This document shows, piece by piece, positions 13,843-28,098 of a stretch of 64,000 bases of DNA. A program made the translations under genes and the position numbers. The first letter of the stretch is position 1. Every line of letters starts with the position of its first letter. This stretch comes from Malacoraja senta (Eukaryota): assembly GCA_038087875.1 (NCBI GenBank), contig CM075996.1, positions 7,442,001 to 7,506,000 on the forward strand, given 5' to 3'. Under the pieces are notes generated by a model. The model was given only the letters and a program-made list of their open reading frames with translations, was not told the origin of the DNA and ran no database searches.

Positions 13843-15945
13843 GGAGTAATAAGATTATTCCAAATTACAAAACAGGAACATTTTGAGTTTGGTGACAAAC
13901 CACATAAGCTGTTGGCGCGTCAACTGAAAAAACAGGAAAAGGAAAATACTATAAATAAAATTAAATCCGATAATGGTGAATTACTAACACTACCTAAAGA
14001 TATTAATAAAAGATTTGTTCAATTTTATCAAAATTTATACACATCAAAAACCAAAACAGAAGATAGTAAAATTTAAAAAATTTTAGATAACTGTAATCTA
14101 CCAAAACTTGACCTTTTGGAACAAGAAGAACTAGGAGCGCAAATTACAATCGAAGAAATAGGTGAAACAATAAAATCGTTGAAAAATGGTAAGACCAGAT
14201 GGTTTTAGTAAAAAATGTCATGAGATAACGACCCCCTATCATATTTAATTTATATACTTACGTTTTTAAAGAAAATAAATTACCTGAAACATTAGCAGAA
14301 TCAACTATTACGCTTATTCCAAAGAAAGATAAAGACCTAGAGGAACCGGGCTCATATAGAGCTATATCACTATTAAATACAGATCAGAAAATCCTAGCAA
14401 AGACTTTAGCCAGAAGACTAAGCAAATATATTAGTAAATTGATAAACCCTGATCAAACGGGGTTTATACCCAAAAGATATTCATTTAATAATTTGAGACG
14501 CCTGTTTAATATAATGTACTCACATAAAGTGGAGGAAGAAGACTTATCAATTATTTCTTTGGACGCAGAGAAAGCATTTGATCAGGTAGAATGGCAGTAT
14601 TTATACAAAGTATTACAAAAATTTAATATGGGAGAGAACTTTATTGCATGGGTGAAATTATTATATGATAAACCGATGGCAAGAATATTAACTAACAGCA
14701 TGTTGTCTCAAAAATTTCAATTATCAAGGGGTAATAGGCAGGGATGTGCTTTATCACCCCTGCTATTTGCCCTTATGATAGAACCTCTGGCTGAAAGTAT
14801 AAGAAGCCATCTGAATATTCAGGGTTATAATACTAGGGACTCAAATAATAAAATGTCATTGTATGCAGATGATATTCTGTTATATATAACAAATTCACAA
14901 ACGAGCATACCAAATTTATTAAATTTAATAGAGGAATTCGGGTCCTTTTCTGGATATAGAATAAATTGGAACAAAAGTGAAATTATGACGTAAAAACTTC
15001 AAGAATCTACACACTTGTTGAAATTCCCCTTTAAAATAGCAACAGAAAAATTTAAATATCTGGGTATTCAGATTACTAGAAAACATAAAGCTTTATTCAA
15101 CGCCAATTTTATACCCTTAATAAATAAACTTAATATAACGATTAAATTTTGGAAAACACTTCCTTTATCATTAATAGGCAGAATAAATGCTATTAAAATG
15201 AGCTTTCTACCACAGTTATTATACCTATTTCAATCTATCCCAGTATATGTACCAAAATATTTTTTTTCTAAATTGAATGCTAACATTACTAATTTTGTTT
15301 GGGACTATAAATCACATAGAATTAAAAAAGAACATTTATGTAAACCAAAATATGTTGGGGAATTTCACTCCCTAATTTTTTGTATTACTATTGGGCAATA
15401 CATATTAAGAATATAATTTACTGGTTGGATAGTTCAACCCAACAGACAGAATGGATAAAAATGGAGAAAGAGGATTGTTATCCTTGTAATATAGGAACAA
15501 TCCTCTTCTCCCCGAAAAAAATGACTAATACAATATATAAGAAAAACCCAATTATACAAGATACAATAAGAATATGGAAACAAATAAAATTATCCTTAAA
15601 ACTAATAAACCTATCATTGTTAACACCGATAGCGAATAATCCTTTATTTAAACCATCTATGATGGATAAAATATATAATCAATGGGAAAGTTTAGGAATT
15701 AAAAGGATCGGGGATATGTATGAAATGGGAGATTTATTATCATTTCAACAATTACAATTAAAATTTAAATTGAAAAACACTCATTATTTTAAATATTTTC
15801 AGATTTGCAATTTCTTGAAATACATACAGGGATATCAAAAAATAACTCCTGATTTACTAGAAGAAGTAATGAATATTAAAGCTGATACTCAAAAATTAAT
15901 ATCATATTTATATAATAGTATCTTAAATATAGATTTACCTGCGAC
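13843..15945 (+). mobile_element. L1-clade LINE ORF2 fragment (decayed RT)
   Basis: AT-rich; DQTGF, SLDAEKAFD, RQGCALSPLLF, LYADD, SGYRINWNKS, KYLGI motifs spread over frameshifted ORFs. Confidence 0.9.
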
Positions 15946-16050
15946 CAGATTTACCTGCGACCAGCATTTTTGTGTACCTTCGATTTTCCAGCATCTGCAG
16001 TTCCTTCTTTAATGCTTATCTAGGTGCTTGTATACAGTGATACTTGTACT

Positions 16051-17141
16051 CAGAGCCGGCCTTAGGAGTTACGGGGCCCAATTGGGAACAATTTTGGTGA
16101 GCCCCAGGTTCCCAACCAAGGTCTGTAGATTCATAGAAATATAATTAAAGTCTATTATAGACTTTATATCTCTATGGTAGAATGGAAAGTAATTAAAATG
16201 TGTGACTTAATGGACCAAACAGATCTAAGTTACATTTTAATATATAATTGCATACATGTAAGCCTACAAGAAACAAACAAAATGTGTAGATCACCTGTGA
16301 AAAGTACATAGTTACAATACCACTTGTTTTAGTGACTGTGAAATGAAAAAAAAGTAATTTAATTAAATAGATCCTGGAAAACCAATAACCATCGGTGAAA
16401 AACCAGTCCAGGCATTAAATTTTGGGCTTCAGCCCCATCCTACCCTTTGGGCTTCTACCCCATCCTAACTTAGTTGTGTGTGTGTATTAGTTGTCTGTGC
16501 GTTATGTGTGTGTCTGTGGGAGAGAAGGGAGGGAGGGAGGGAGGAAGGAGAGAAGGGAGGGAGGGAAGGAGAGAAGGGAAAAGAGAGAGAGGAAGGAGGG
16601 AGGGAAGAAGGGGAGGGAGGGAGGGAAGGAGAGAAGGGAAAAGAGAGAAAGGAAGGAGGGAGGGAAGAAGGGGAGGGAGGGAGGGAAGGAGAGAAGGGAA
16701 AAGAGAGAGAGGAAGGAGGGGGGGAAGGAGAGAAGGGAGGGAGAGGGCCGGCGGCAGGAGCGGATGCCGGGGTCCGGGCGGACGGGTGTGAGCTGAGGCC
16801 GAGGTTTGTAAACGTTGCTCCAACCCCCAGCCCGGCCCGGCCCGGCCCTCCCTGTATTGTTCACCGCGTCCTCCCAAGGAGAGAGAGGGGTGGAGCCGGG
16901 ACTGTGTGCATGAAGCACAGCGACTGGAGGGGCGGGAGTGCTGCCCCGGGACCGTGAGGGAATGACCCACCTCTCCCCCTTCTCCATTCCCCCTCACACC
17001 CACCTCCCCGTCTATCCCTTTCTTCCCCCTCCACCCCTCTACTCTCTCTCCACCCCCCCTCTCCCCCCTCCACCCGCGGGGCCCCTTAGGTGCGGGGCCC
17101 AATTGGGAGCAATTGGTCCAATTGGCTTAAGGCCGGCCCTG
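16051..17141. mobile_element. Non-autonomous hAT DNA transposon
   Basis: TIR CAG(A/G)GCCGGCCTTA, perfect 8-bp TSD CTTGTACT (16043-16050, 17142-17149), internal ~60-bp purine-rich tandem repeat. Confidence 0.85.
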
Positions 17142-20100
17142 CTTGTACTGAACTGTATCTAAAAATGAATTTCACAGTACGTGACAAATAAACTACCATT
17201 GAGCCATTGTGCTAGAAGATAGATGCTAAATGCTGGAGTAACTCAGCAGGACAGGCAGCATCTCTGGATAGAAGGAATCGGAATCTGCTCTGCAGTAATT
17301 ACAGATGTACTTTCTGTTCTGGCTGTAAGGCAGGAGCTCACCACCAAGGGCCAGTAGAGGCCACGATCAGAGTGGCAGAGATTTACCAACTAACGTGGTG
17401 CTGAAGGGGACGATGAAGGACATGTTCCATCCACACTGAAGGTTTTTTCCCCTCATCTCTCAACAGGAGATTCATCTTCTATTGGTAACTGTGCCAATCT
17501 ACTGCCACTTCCCAGATGGCATGAGTCTCCAGTCCTCAACTGTGCATGTCCCCAGATTAATCTCAGAAACAAAGTCACACACACGCAGACGCACACATCC
17601 AAATTAACAGTCTGAAGGGTGTCGACCCGAAACGTCACCCATTCCTTCTCTCCAGAGATGCTGCCTGTCCCGCTGAGTTACTCCAGCCTTTTGTGTCTAC
17701 CATCCAAATGAACACACTAACACACATACACTCACCACCTCACACATGCACACTCACACATACTCTCACACTGTGTCTCACTGCAAGCAAGATTTTCATT
17801 CTACCTGTGTTGGAAGGAACTTACCGAACAGTGAAAGGCCTGGATAGAGTGGATATGGAGACGATGTTTCCACCAGTGGGAGAGTCTAGGACCAGAGGCC
17901 ACAGCCTCAGAATAAAAAGATATGTCTTTAGAAAGATGAGGAGGAATTTCCTTAGTCAAAGGGTGGTGAATCTGTGGAATTCATTGCCACAGACGGCTGT
18001 GGAGGCCGTCAATGGATTTTTAAGCCTGAGATTGAGAGATTCTTGATTAGTATGGGTGTCAGGGGTTATAGGGAGAAGGCAGGAGAATGGGGTTGAGAGG
18101 GAAAGATAGATCAGCCATGATTGAATGGCGGAGTGGACTTGATGGACTGAATGGCCTAATTCAGTTTAGTTTAGAGATACAGCACGTAAACAGGCCCTTT
18201 GGCCCACCGAGTCTGTGCTGATCAGCGATCCCCGCACACTTACACTATCCTTTTTAAAAAAAAAAAAAAAATTTTAATATTTTTTATTGGAGATAAGTAC
18301 ACAACATATTATCATCATTACCAGTCTTACATTTTTAAATTGATAATATTGTCAATTATTATTACATTGTCTCCAATACCTTTTGCCTTTTTTTTGTTTT
18401 TTTTAAACTAGATAGAACTAAAAAGATAGATGAAGTAAAGAAAGAAAAGAGAAAGAAAAAAAGAAAAAAAAAGAGCAGTGTAAATGACAATTTACACATA
18501 CACCAAGCCAATTAACCTACAAACCTGTACGTCCTTGGAGTGTGGGAGAAAACGGAAGGTCGAAAACCCACGGGGAGAACGTACAACCTCCTCAAGCTCC
18601 CGTAGTCGGGATTGAACCCGGGTCTCCGGCGCTGCAAGCGCTGTAAGGCAGAAACTCTACCGCTGCGCCAACGTGGCCGGCCTGAACATCTGCTGCTCGA
18701 ATCTATCAACTGTAGCTGCTGGTTTATACCGAAGATAGACACAAAATACAAGAGTAACTTGGTGGGTCAGGCAGCATCTGTGGAGGAAAGGACAGGTCGG
18801 AATGTACCTGGTCCTCACCGCACTTGTACACGTACGTTAAACTTGACTTGATCCACATGGCTGATCGACTGCTAAAGAAAGGGTATACAGCAATATCTAG
18901 TCTGAGATCTTTCCCTCCCAAACTTCACTCCTGCCCCTCGAGCTTTGGACTCCAGTCAGAGCTGCCACAGGAGCTGGTACTCATCCAGGTCTTTACCTGG
19001 GTGCTCATGGCAAGTTTGAGCAGCTATTCGACCAAGTGAAGTGGCAGCTCTGATGGTTATCAGGGCATGAGGTGCCACCAGTGGCCAAGGTGTTGTGTTC
19101 AGAAGGAGACTTTAGAGATACAGGCCCTTCGACCCAACCGAGTCTGTGCCGACCAGCGATCCCCATAAACTGGCACTGTCCTACACTCTAGGGACAATAG
19201 GTGCAGGAGTAGGCCATTCGGCCCTTCGAGCCAGCACCGCCATTCAATGTGATCATGGCCGATCATCCCCGTTCCTGCCTTCTCCCCATATCCCCTGACT
19301 CCGCTATTTTTAAGAGCCCTATCTAGCTCTCTCTTGAAAACATCCAGAGAACCTGCCTCCACCGCCCTCTGAGGCAGAGAATTCCACAGGCTCACCACTC
19401 TCTGTAAGAAAAAGTGTTTCTTCGTCTCCGTTCTAAATGGCTTACCCCTTATTCGTAAACTGTGGCCCCTGGTTCTGGACTCCCCCAACATCGGGAACAT
19501 GTTTCCTGCCTCTGGCGTGTCCAAACCTTTTACAATTTACAATTTTACCAAAGTCATTTAACATACATACCTGCACGTCTTTGGAGTGTGGGAGGAAACC
19601 GGAGCGGCCGGGGAAAATCCACGCAGGTCACGGGGAGAACGGAGAAACTCCGTACAGACAGCACCCGCAGTCAGGATCGAACCGAGGTCTCTAGCGCTGT
19701 GAGCTGGCCCAGCTATTCGACCGAGGGAAGCGGCAGCAATGATGGTTACCATGTGAGCGGGAAACGCAACCTGCACAGAAGCTGCTGGCTTCAGACGGAG
19801 AGTTTAGACTCTAGACTTTAGAGATACAGCGCGGAAACAGGCCTCCGGGCCCACCTTCCGCACCAACCAGCGATCACCCCGTACACTAGCACTAGCCTAC
19901 ACACGAGGGACAATTTACAATTTTACCAAAGCCAATTAACCTACAAACCTGCACATCTTTGGAGTTTCGTTTTGCTTTGTGTTTTTTTAATTTAATTTTT
20001 ATTTTCACAAGAATAATATGTACAAGACAAAACAATACCAACAAACCCACCACCATAATACAAAGTAAAACTAATATTCTTAAATATCAAATATCCTGAG

Positions 20101-21966
20101 CATTAAACAACTATATTACAATCTGTGTCAAGGATGCATTCTTTCATGTTCATCTTCTAGGTCTGCACAAACACTTGAGAGTCTTTAGTTTACTACAGAA
20201 GTCTTTAATGTTTCACTCAATGCTGGCAGCAAGACTGCCCGCATACTGTCCACCTACAGGATCAACTATATACAAGACATCTCCCTTTGTCCTGTGCAGC
20301 GCCACCTGCAGCACGGGAGGAGCAACGGGTCCTCCCACCCCACACAGTCCACCAAACATCACACATTCCACCCCCCCCGGGCGCCCGTGGACAGTCCCTC
20401 TCTAGTGCCACCTGGGCACGGACGTAACCCCGGAAAAGGGGCAGACAGCCGGCTCGGGCAGAGCTCTCTTCCGCCTGGCGCAGTGACTCCTCTTTGGAGT
20501 GTGGGAGGAAACCGGAGCACCCGGAGAAAAAGCCACGAGGTGACAGGGAGAACGTGCGTACTCCGTACGGACAGCGCCCGAAGTCAGGATCGAACCCGGG
20601 TCTCTGGAGCTTTGAGGCAGCAGCTCTACCGCTGCGTTACCGCGCCGACCCTGGATAGTGCGTTCAGGAGAGTTAAATGGTGATGGGTTCAGGGAGAGGG
20701 TTAGACGGTGGTGGGATCAAAGAGTTGCAACAGGCGGATTCGGAAGGTAAATGTGGACTGGTTAGGGCCTGGGTTACAGAGAGAATCTGTTGGAAAATTA
20801 AAAACTTACACTGGCGCGATGCATGAAGGATATTCTCAATGCCTGGAGCGATGACACTCGGAATCACAGCCTCAGGATAACGAGTGGGTCATTTAGAATC
20901 AAGATGGGGTCGGCCATTATATCCAGGGTGACACTCTGAGGACTTGTGTGGTCCTGTCATGGATGCCAACGTGAAGATGCTCAGTTGAGGGATTTGACCA
21001 GTAGCTTTCTCCATGGTTTCCCAGATCGTTACTTATCTTTAGACTTTAAAGATACAGCGTGGAAACAGGCCCTTTGGTTCACCGAGTCCGCGCTGACCAG
21101 CGATCACCCCGCACGCTAGCACTACCCTATACACTCGGGACAATTTACCATTTTTTACCGAAGCCAATTAACCTCCAAAACCCGCACGTCTTTGGAATGT
21201 GGGAGGAAACCGGAGTTCCCGGAGAAAACCCACAAGGTCACAGGAAGAACGTACAAACTACGTACAGACTGCACCTATTGTCAGGATCGAACTCGGGTCT
21301 CCGGCGCTGGAAGACTACCGCTGCGCCACCGTGCCGCCTGAGTGTTCAACTAAAACATAATTTGGACACTGCTATGCTGCATATTGCAAGACTCAAGAGT
21401 GTTTTATTGACATATGTCTTGAAACAGAACAATTAAATTCTTACTTCCAGCAGCACAGCAGATATGTAAACATAATACTCTGTAAAACCCATCATAAACA
21501 ACAACAAAAAGCTCAGTATATATACAAACACTCAGACAAATAAATAGACAATAGTAATGCAATGTTGAAAATAATGTCTCCAAGTCTATTATATATAGAG
21601 ACTATCTGAGACTATTTGGAGGTTGTAGTGTTTAATAGCCTGATGGCTGTAGGGAAGAAGCTGTTCCTGAACCTGGACGTTACAGTTTTCAGGCTCCTGT
21701 ACCTTCTTCCCGATGGCAGGGGTGAAATGAGAGCGTGGCCAGGGTGGTTTGGGTCTCTGATGATGCTGGCTGCCTTTTTGAGGCAGCGACTCCTGTAGAT
21801 CCCTTCGATGGTGGGGAAGTCAGTTGCTGTGATGGACTGGGCAGTGGTCACCACTTTTTGGGATCATTTGGGAACTTGCTGTGCATTGGTAGGCTCTTCA
21901 TGCATTGCAACAACGGAGCCTTAACAGTGGGCAGCACGGCTGCGCAGCGGTAGAGTTGCTGTCTTA

Positions 21967-22189
21967 AGGGCCTGTTCCACTTGGTCATTTGCGCGTCACG
22001 CAGGTGGCACGCGAAGATTTTGTGAAAACAAAAATCCTGGGGGGCCGCGCGCGACCGCGTGTCACTGCCTATGTCACCACACACCGTGCACGCATAATGG
22101 GCGCATCACGTGCGTGTCAAGAAGCGCGCGTCGTGCGTCGTGACGCGTAAATGATGTCGCGTAAATGACGCCCAAGTGGGACAGGCCCT
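21967..22189. mobile_element. PIF/Harbinger-type MITE inserted in a SINE
   Basis: TIR AGGGCCTGT(T/C)CCACTTGG, TTA TSD. Confidence 0.8.
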
Positions 22190-22401
22190 TTACACTGCCA
22201 GAGACCCGGGTTTGATCCTGAGCACGGGTGCTGTCTGAATGGAGTTTGTACGTTCTCCCCATGACCTGCGTGGGTTTGCTCCGGGACCTCCAGTTTCCTC
22301 CCACAGTCCAAAGACGTATAGCTTTGTAGATGAATTGTCTTCGATAATAATTGTAAATTGTCCCTAGTGTTTTTTTGCGGTGTGTGTGTGTGTGTGTGTG
22401 T

Positions 22402-22678
22402 TTGTTTTTAATAAACCAAAAATAATTAATTCAACTATTTACAATAATATGTACAATTCTAAATTATTCAGAACAAACCCACCACCACAGTGCAAGTAAA
22501 ACATTTTTTTCTTAAACAACTATTTCGCCTTCCTTATTCAGGATGCATTCTACCCCCCGCGGTGCCCAGTGGTCCCGGAAATCCCCCAGGGCGCCCGTGG
22601 ACAGCGTGTGGTCCCTCTCTAAAACCACCCGGGCGCGGACGTAACCCTGGAAAAAGAGCAGGCAAAAGGCTCGGGTAA
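22402..22678 (-). mobile_element. Tx1-like L1 3' fragment (related copy at ~19980-20480)
   Basis: GYVRARVVLERDHTLSTGALGDFRDHWAPRG C-terminal text followed by an A-rich tail on the minus strand. Confidence 0.6.
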
Positions 22679-25600
22679 GGATAGTGCGAGTGTGCCGGGA
22701 CCGCTGGTCGGCGCGGACGTGCTGGATCAAAGGGCCTGTTTCTCAAAACTAAACTAAAGGTAGATAAAAATGCTGGAGAAACTGCGGTGTGGGTTCCAGA
22801 CCCTACTTCAGACCCGAAACGAAACGTCACCTATTCCTTCGCTCCATAGATGCTGCCTCACCCGCTGAGATTCTCCAGCATTTTTATCTACCTTCGATTT
22901 TTCCAGCATCTGCAGTTCCTTCTTAAACTAAACTAAAATGATTTTATTGGCCATGGAGCAGATTGTGTGTGTGGGGGGGGAGTGGGGGGGGGGGGCTGAG
23001 AGAAATGCAAAGGTCTCTTTGATTATCTCAATTTGAGGACTGTTGCAACATCGGGGGAGTGAGAACATAATACTCCCCCTTCCAGCAGGTTAGCACCTGT
23101 AAACATGAGCAAAGAATGAGGCCTAGCCCATCTCGTTAGTGTTCCTTATCTTTCGAATGATTAGCAGGGAGAAGCAATGTGAATTCCTTCCCAATTGTTT
23201 TATGATTTGGTCGAATCAACTCACATTCCTGAATGTGAATGTTTTCATCTGCGCAGAGGTCACCGTTCGTGATGGCATCTGGCTCTAGTTCCTTGCGGCC
23301 AGATATTTCACAGCGACCGATCTTGTACAGGTTTATAAAACACTGGTCAGACCTCGGCTGGAGTAGTGCGCGCGGTTCTGGAACCCACACCGCAGGATCG
23401 ATGAGGCAGCTCTGTCGAGGTTGCGGAGCAGATCCTCCAAGATGTTCAAGATTCAAGAGATTCAAGAGAGTTTATTGTCATGTGTCCCTGATAGGACAAC
23501 GAAATTCTTGCTTTGCTTCAGCACAACAGAACAATACAATACAATACAATACAATACCATTTATTGTCATTTGAACCTCAAATGAGGTTCAAACAAAATT
23601 TGGTTTCTGCAGTCATACAAACAAGTAAAAAGAACCAAGACACAACACAATTTACACAAACATCCATCACAGCGAATCTCCTCCTCGCTGTGATGGAAGG
23701 CAAAGTCTTATCTCTCCCCTGCACTCCCCATTCTCCTCCCGATGTCAGAGTCAGAGCCCCCGGCGGGCGATGAAAAATAAGTCCCGCGGCCATTTAAGCC
23801 GCGCCGGGCGATGCAAGGCCACGCTCCGGGTCTTGATGTTGGAGCCTCCGGTAGCGCTAGCAAGTCCCGTGGCCATTAAAGCCACGCCGGGCTTTAATGT
23901 AGGCATTGACTACAAAACATAGTAGGCATTGACTACAAAACAGATCAGTGTGTCCATATACCCTTCTATAAATATATACACACATGAATAAATAAACTGA
24001 TAAAGTGCAAATAACAGATAATGGGCTATTAATGTTCAGAGTTTTGTCCGAGCCAAGATTAATAGCCTGATGGCTGTGGGGAAGTAGATATTCCTGAACC
24101 TGGACGTTGCAGTCTTCAGGCTCCTGTACCTTCTACCTGAAGGTAGCGGGGAGATGAGTATGTGGCCAGGATGGTGTGGGTCCTTGATGATGCTGCCAGC
24201 CGTCTGCTGTTGTCAAACAAGAAAACAGCAGACGCTGGAGTGCGGAGCAAAACACAAAGTGATGGAGGAACTCAACACTGCAGATGCTGGTTTACACCGA
24301 AGATAGACGCAAAATGCTGGAGTAACTCAGCGGGTCATAAGGTCATAAATGATGGGCCCATCAAGTGTACTCCGCCATTCAAGCATGGCTGATCTATCTC
24401 TCCTTCCTAGCCCCATAACCCCTGACACCCGCACTAATCAAGAATCTATCTATCTCTGCCTTAAAAATATCCACTGATGTGGCCTCCACAGCCATCTGTA
24501 GCCAAGAATTCCACAGATTCACCACCCTCTGACTAAAGGAATTCCTCCTCATCTCCTTCCTAAAATAACGTCCTTTAATTCTGAGGCTGTGATCCTCTGG
24601 TCCTAGACTCTCCCACTAGTGGAAACATCCTCTCCACATCCACTCTATCCAAGCCTTTCACTATTCTGTACGTTTCAAAGAGGTCCCCCCTCAATCTTCT
24701 AAACTCCAGCGAGTACAGGCTCAATGACGACAAACGCTCATCATAGGCAGCGTGGTGTAGATGGAGTCAATGGGTCAAATGGCCTGCTTTATGACTTACC
24801 CTGAATTCCCAATGGATTCCCTAATCTTATGTTTAGAACCCATAGATCCAGTCTCCTTCATCTTCTCTATGTCAGTCCTATCAAGGCCTTTCATATTCCC
24901 TAACCATCACTCAAGGCAACCCTTCAGCCATCTCTCTTCTGGTTAGACATAAGACATTGGAGCAGAGTTAAGCCATTCAGCCCTTGAGTCTGCTCCGCCA
25001 TTCAATCATGGCTAATTTATTTTCCCCTCTCAAGCCCATTCTCCTGCCTTCTCCCCGTAACATAGAAAATAGGTGCAGGAGGAGGCCATTTGGCCCTTCG
25101 AGCCAGCACCGCCATTCATTGTGATCATGGCTGATCGTCCCCAATCAGTAACCCGTGCCTGCCTTCTCCCCATATCCCTTGATTCCACTAGCCCCTAGAA
25201 CTCTATCTAACTCTCTCTTAAATCCATCCAGTGATTTGGCCTCCACTGCCCTCTGTGGCAGGGAATTCCACAAATTCACAACTCTCTGGGTGAAAAAGTT
25301 TTTTCTCATCTCAATTTTCAATTTTATTCTTAGACTGTGGCCCCTTGGTTCTGGACTCCCCCAACATTGGGAACATTTTCCTGCATCCAGCTTGTCCAGT
25401 CCTTTTGTAACTTTATATGTTTCTGTAAGATCCCTCTCTTTCTATAAGATCCCCTCTCAAACGTAGGGTGTCTCAAAAGTAACCTTTGACACCCTAACGC
25501 ATCAAGAACCTATCAATCCCTGGTTTCAAAGTACCCACTGACTTGGCCACCACAGCCGTCTGTGGCAATGAATCCCACACATTCACCGCCCTCTGACTAG

Positions 25601-26230
25601 AGAAATCCCTCCTCATCTCCATTCCAAAGGTGCATCCGTTTATTCTGAGGATGTACCCCCTGGCCCTAAATTTTCCGACTGCTGGGAACATCTCTCCTCA
25701 CTCAGAGGTGGGAAGAGTCCTGGCCAGTTCAATGTTTGCATTGCGGCCCGAAGGCAACCTTGCCCTGAGTGTACAAGGGTTGGGAGGAAACAGTGTTTAA
25801 AGAGGATTAAGCAAGGACGATTACGTTGATCTCCTCAAGGTGAATAAAATGTGAAGTGATTGATGCAGGCGAGATAAATACAGAAGATTACTTCGCATGA
25901 AAGCAAGACAGCGGGAGCAGAGGACACCAACACAGACTCGGACAGAAGAGAGGATGAAATCGCAAAGTGATGAAGGAACTCAGCGGGTCAAGCAGCAGCT
26001 GGGGAGGGAACGGAGTGGCGACGTTTTGGGTCTCATCCCTCCCCCCTTGCCAGGCCCCTTCGAACCTCCATCCGAAGAGATGACGCCCCTATGGTTCCAC
26101 CAGTCTCCTTATGGACCGAACACCCCTTAACTCTTCCACCCGAACAATCTTCGATCTACGTTTGCACTTGTTCAAGAGTCAGGGGTGTTTCATTGTCATT
26201 GGACCGAGACCAGAACAATGAAATTCTTCA

Positions 26231-26994
26231 GGGCCTGTCCCACTTAGGCGACTTTTTAGGCGAGTGCAGGAGACTCTGCGCTCGCCACATGGTCGCCACA
26301 TGTTCGCTGGTGGTCTCTGGTGGGTCTCCTTCATGGTCGCGAGGAGTTCCCGCATTCGGGGAACAAGTATGGTCGCAGCAAATATTTCAACACGTTGAAA
26401 AATGTTCTGCGACCAAAAATTGGTCGCCACGGAGAAAATTGATACTTTTGTAGTCGTAGGTGCAGTTGTAGTGGGGTCGCCATGTAGTTTATAGGTAGTC
26501 GAGGTAGTCGTAGGTAGTTTCAGTTAATCTCCTATGCTGACAGGGCATTTTCATTGGCTCATTGGGGGGAAAATAAACAGAAGCATGGGTTTTCAGAACC
26601 AAGGAAAACCGACCGGTAATGTTAAATGCCCGCTAAACTTCACAGCCGTGTATCTCTGGATTCTTAAAAGTTGTCTGGCTTCTTAAAATTGTCTCCACAC
26701 CTTCTCCCCCCCTTCTCCCCCCCCCCCCCCCCCCCCGCTCTTTTAAAGGATTTACCGTACACTACACTGTGCTAGCCGTCTTAACCTTCCTGTTCACCTT
26801 GGCTTTGCACCGTGTGAATTTCAGACAGCGCTCCCCCACTTTCCCTGGCCCCTGCCTTTGCGATGTGTTTGTGTGTGTGTGTGTGTGTCTTCCACTCTGA
26901 CACTCGCTGTTCCGCTTCCCGGTTTCTCAGCGAGTGCCGCGAGCTTGACACTCGCCGGCAGTCCGCTGAAAAATCGCCTAAGTGGGACAGGCCC
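26231..26994. mobile_element. PIF/Harbinger-type non-autonomous element
   Basis: TIR GGGCCTGTCCCACTTAGGCGA, TCA TSD. Confidence 0.8.
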
Positions 26995-27959
26995 TCAACT
27001 GGCTGCATCTTAATAGACCCATTATCGCAATGACACGACGAATAAATATATAGAATCATAGAGTCATACAGCGTGGAGACAGGCCCTTTGATCCAACCTG
27101 CCCGCACCGACCAACATGTCCCATCCACATTAGCCCCATCTGCTTGCATTTGGCCCATATCCATCTAAACCTGTCCCATCCATGTACCTGTCCAAATGCT
27201 TCTGAAACGTGAGAAGCTACCTGCCACAATGACCTCCTCCGGCAGCTTGTTCCATACACCCTACCACCCTCTGTGGGAAAAGGTTCCCCTCAGGTTCCTA
27301 TTAAATCTTTCCCCCCTCACCTTAAACCTATGTCCTCTGGTTCTTGACTCCCCTACTCTGGGCAAGAGACACTGTGTGTCTACCTGATCTATTCTTCTCA
27401 CGATCTTGTACAATAATCAATAATACAGTAATTAGCAGTAATAACAGCACCGTAATAGTACCAAGCGCTTCATCTCAACCGGTCACATGTGCACCTGCAC
27501 AGAGAGATTCTTTGTGCATATTTACACATGCGGGCGCCGCCATGTTTTGACGCCATTTCCAAAGTCCGGTCGGCCCGCGTGCTCGGTCTACTGGAGCGGT
27601 TCCCGATCCAGGCGAGCCCCAGGCTTCTGCAGGGCCTTCCTCCGTCGCCTTCGCCCGGATCGGCCCGCGCAACAGATGTCCAAGTTGAAACTCTGGAATT
27701 CCCAGAAGCGCTGGAGTAAACAGCATACCAGCCATACCTGAAGATAGCAACACACACACAACTTATCGCTGAGGAGATAAAGATGACAGTCCCTGGACCT
27801 AGTGCAATAATTGTCCACAGACTCAGAGATAAGGACCACTCATTTGTGAATGTTTTAAATATTTTCAGGTATTTTTCATTTTTTCACCTGTTTTGTTTAC
27901 TTGGCTTTTGCCACCCTCTCCGCTCCCTGAAGCTTCCCGGTACATTGGATTCTTTAACT

Positions 27960-28098
27960 TCTTCTTCTTGCGTATGGTGTGCACAGCCTAAAGTTGTAGG
28001 ACAACTTGTTCTATTTGATCTTATTTGATTGTGCACGCCGGGTTGATTGCATTCGTCGAAACAGGGCGGACCACGTGAAGGTTGCAATCTTCCACCCC
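27960..28098 (-). mobile_element. Short retroposon headed by an HDV-like ribozyme, copy 1
   Basis: 13-bp TSD GGATTCTTTAACT (27947-27959 and 28099-28111), (AAG)n 3' tail, homologous second copy at 53215. Confidence 0.85.
28045..28098 (-). ncRNA. Minimal HDV-like (CPEB3-type) self-cleaving ribozyme, predicted
   Basis: P1 GGGGUGG/CCGCCCU with G1-U wobble, P2 GAUUGCA/UGCAAUC, P3 ACC/GGU, L3 UUCACGU, vestigial P4 (U-UUCG-A), J4/2 CGAA carrying the catalytic C. Confidence 0.8.

Noticed and set aside
16470..17102. Arg/Glu/Gly and Leu/Pro/Ser ORFs
   Set aside because: Purine-rich tandem repeat inside a hAT element
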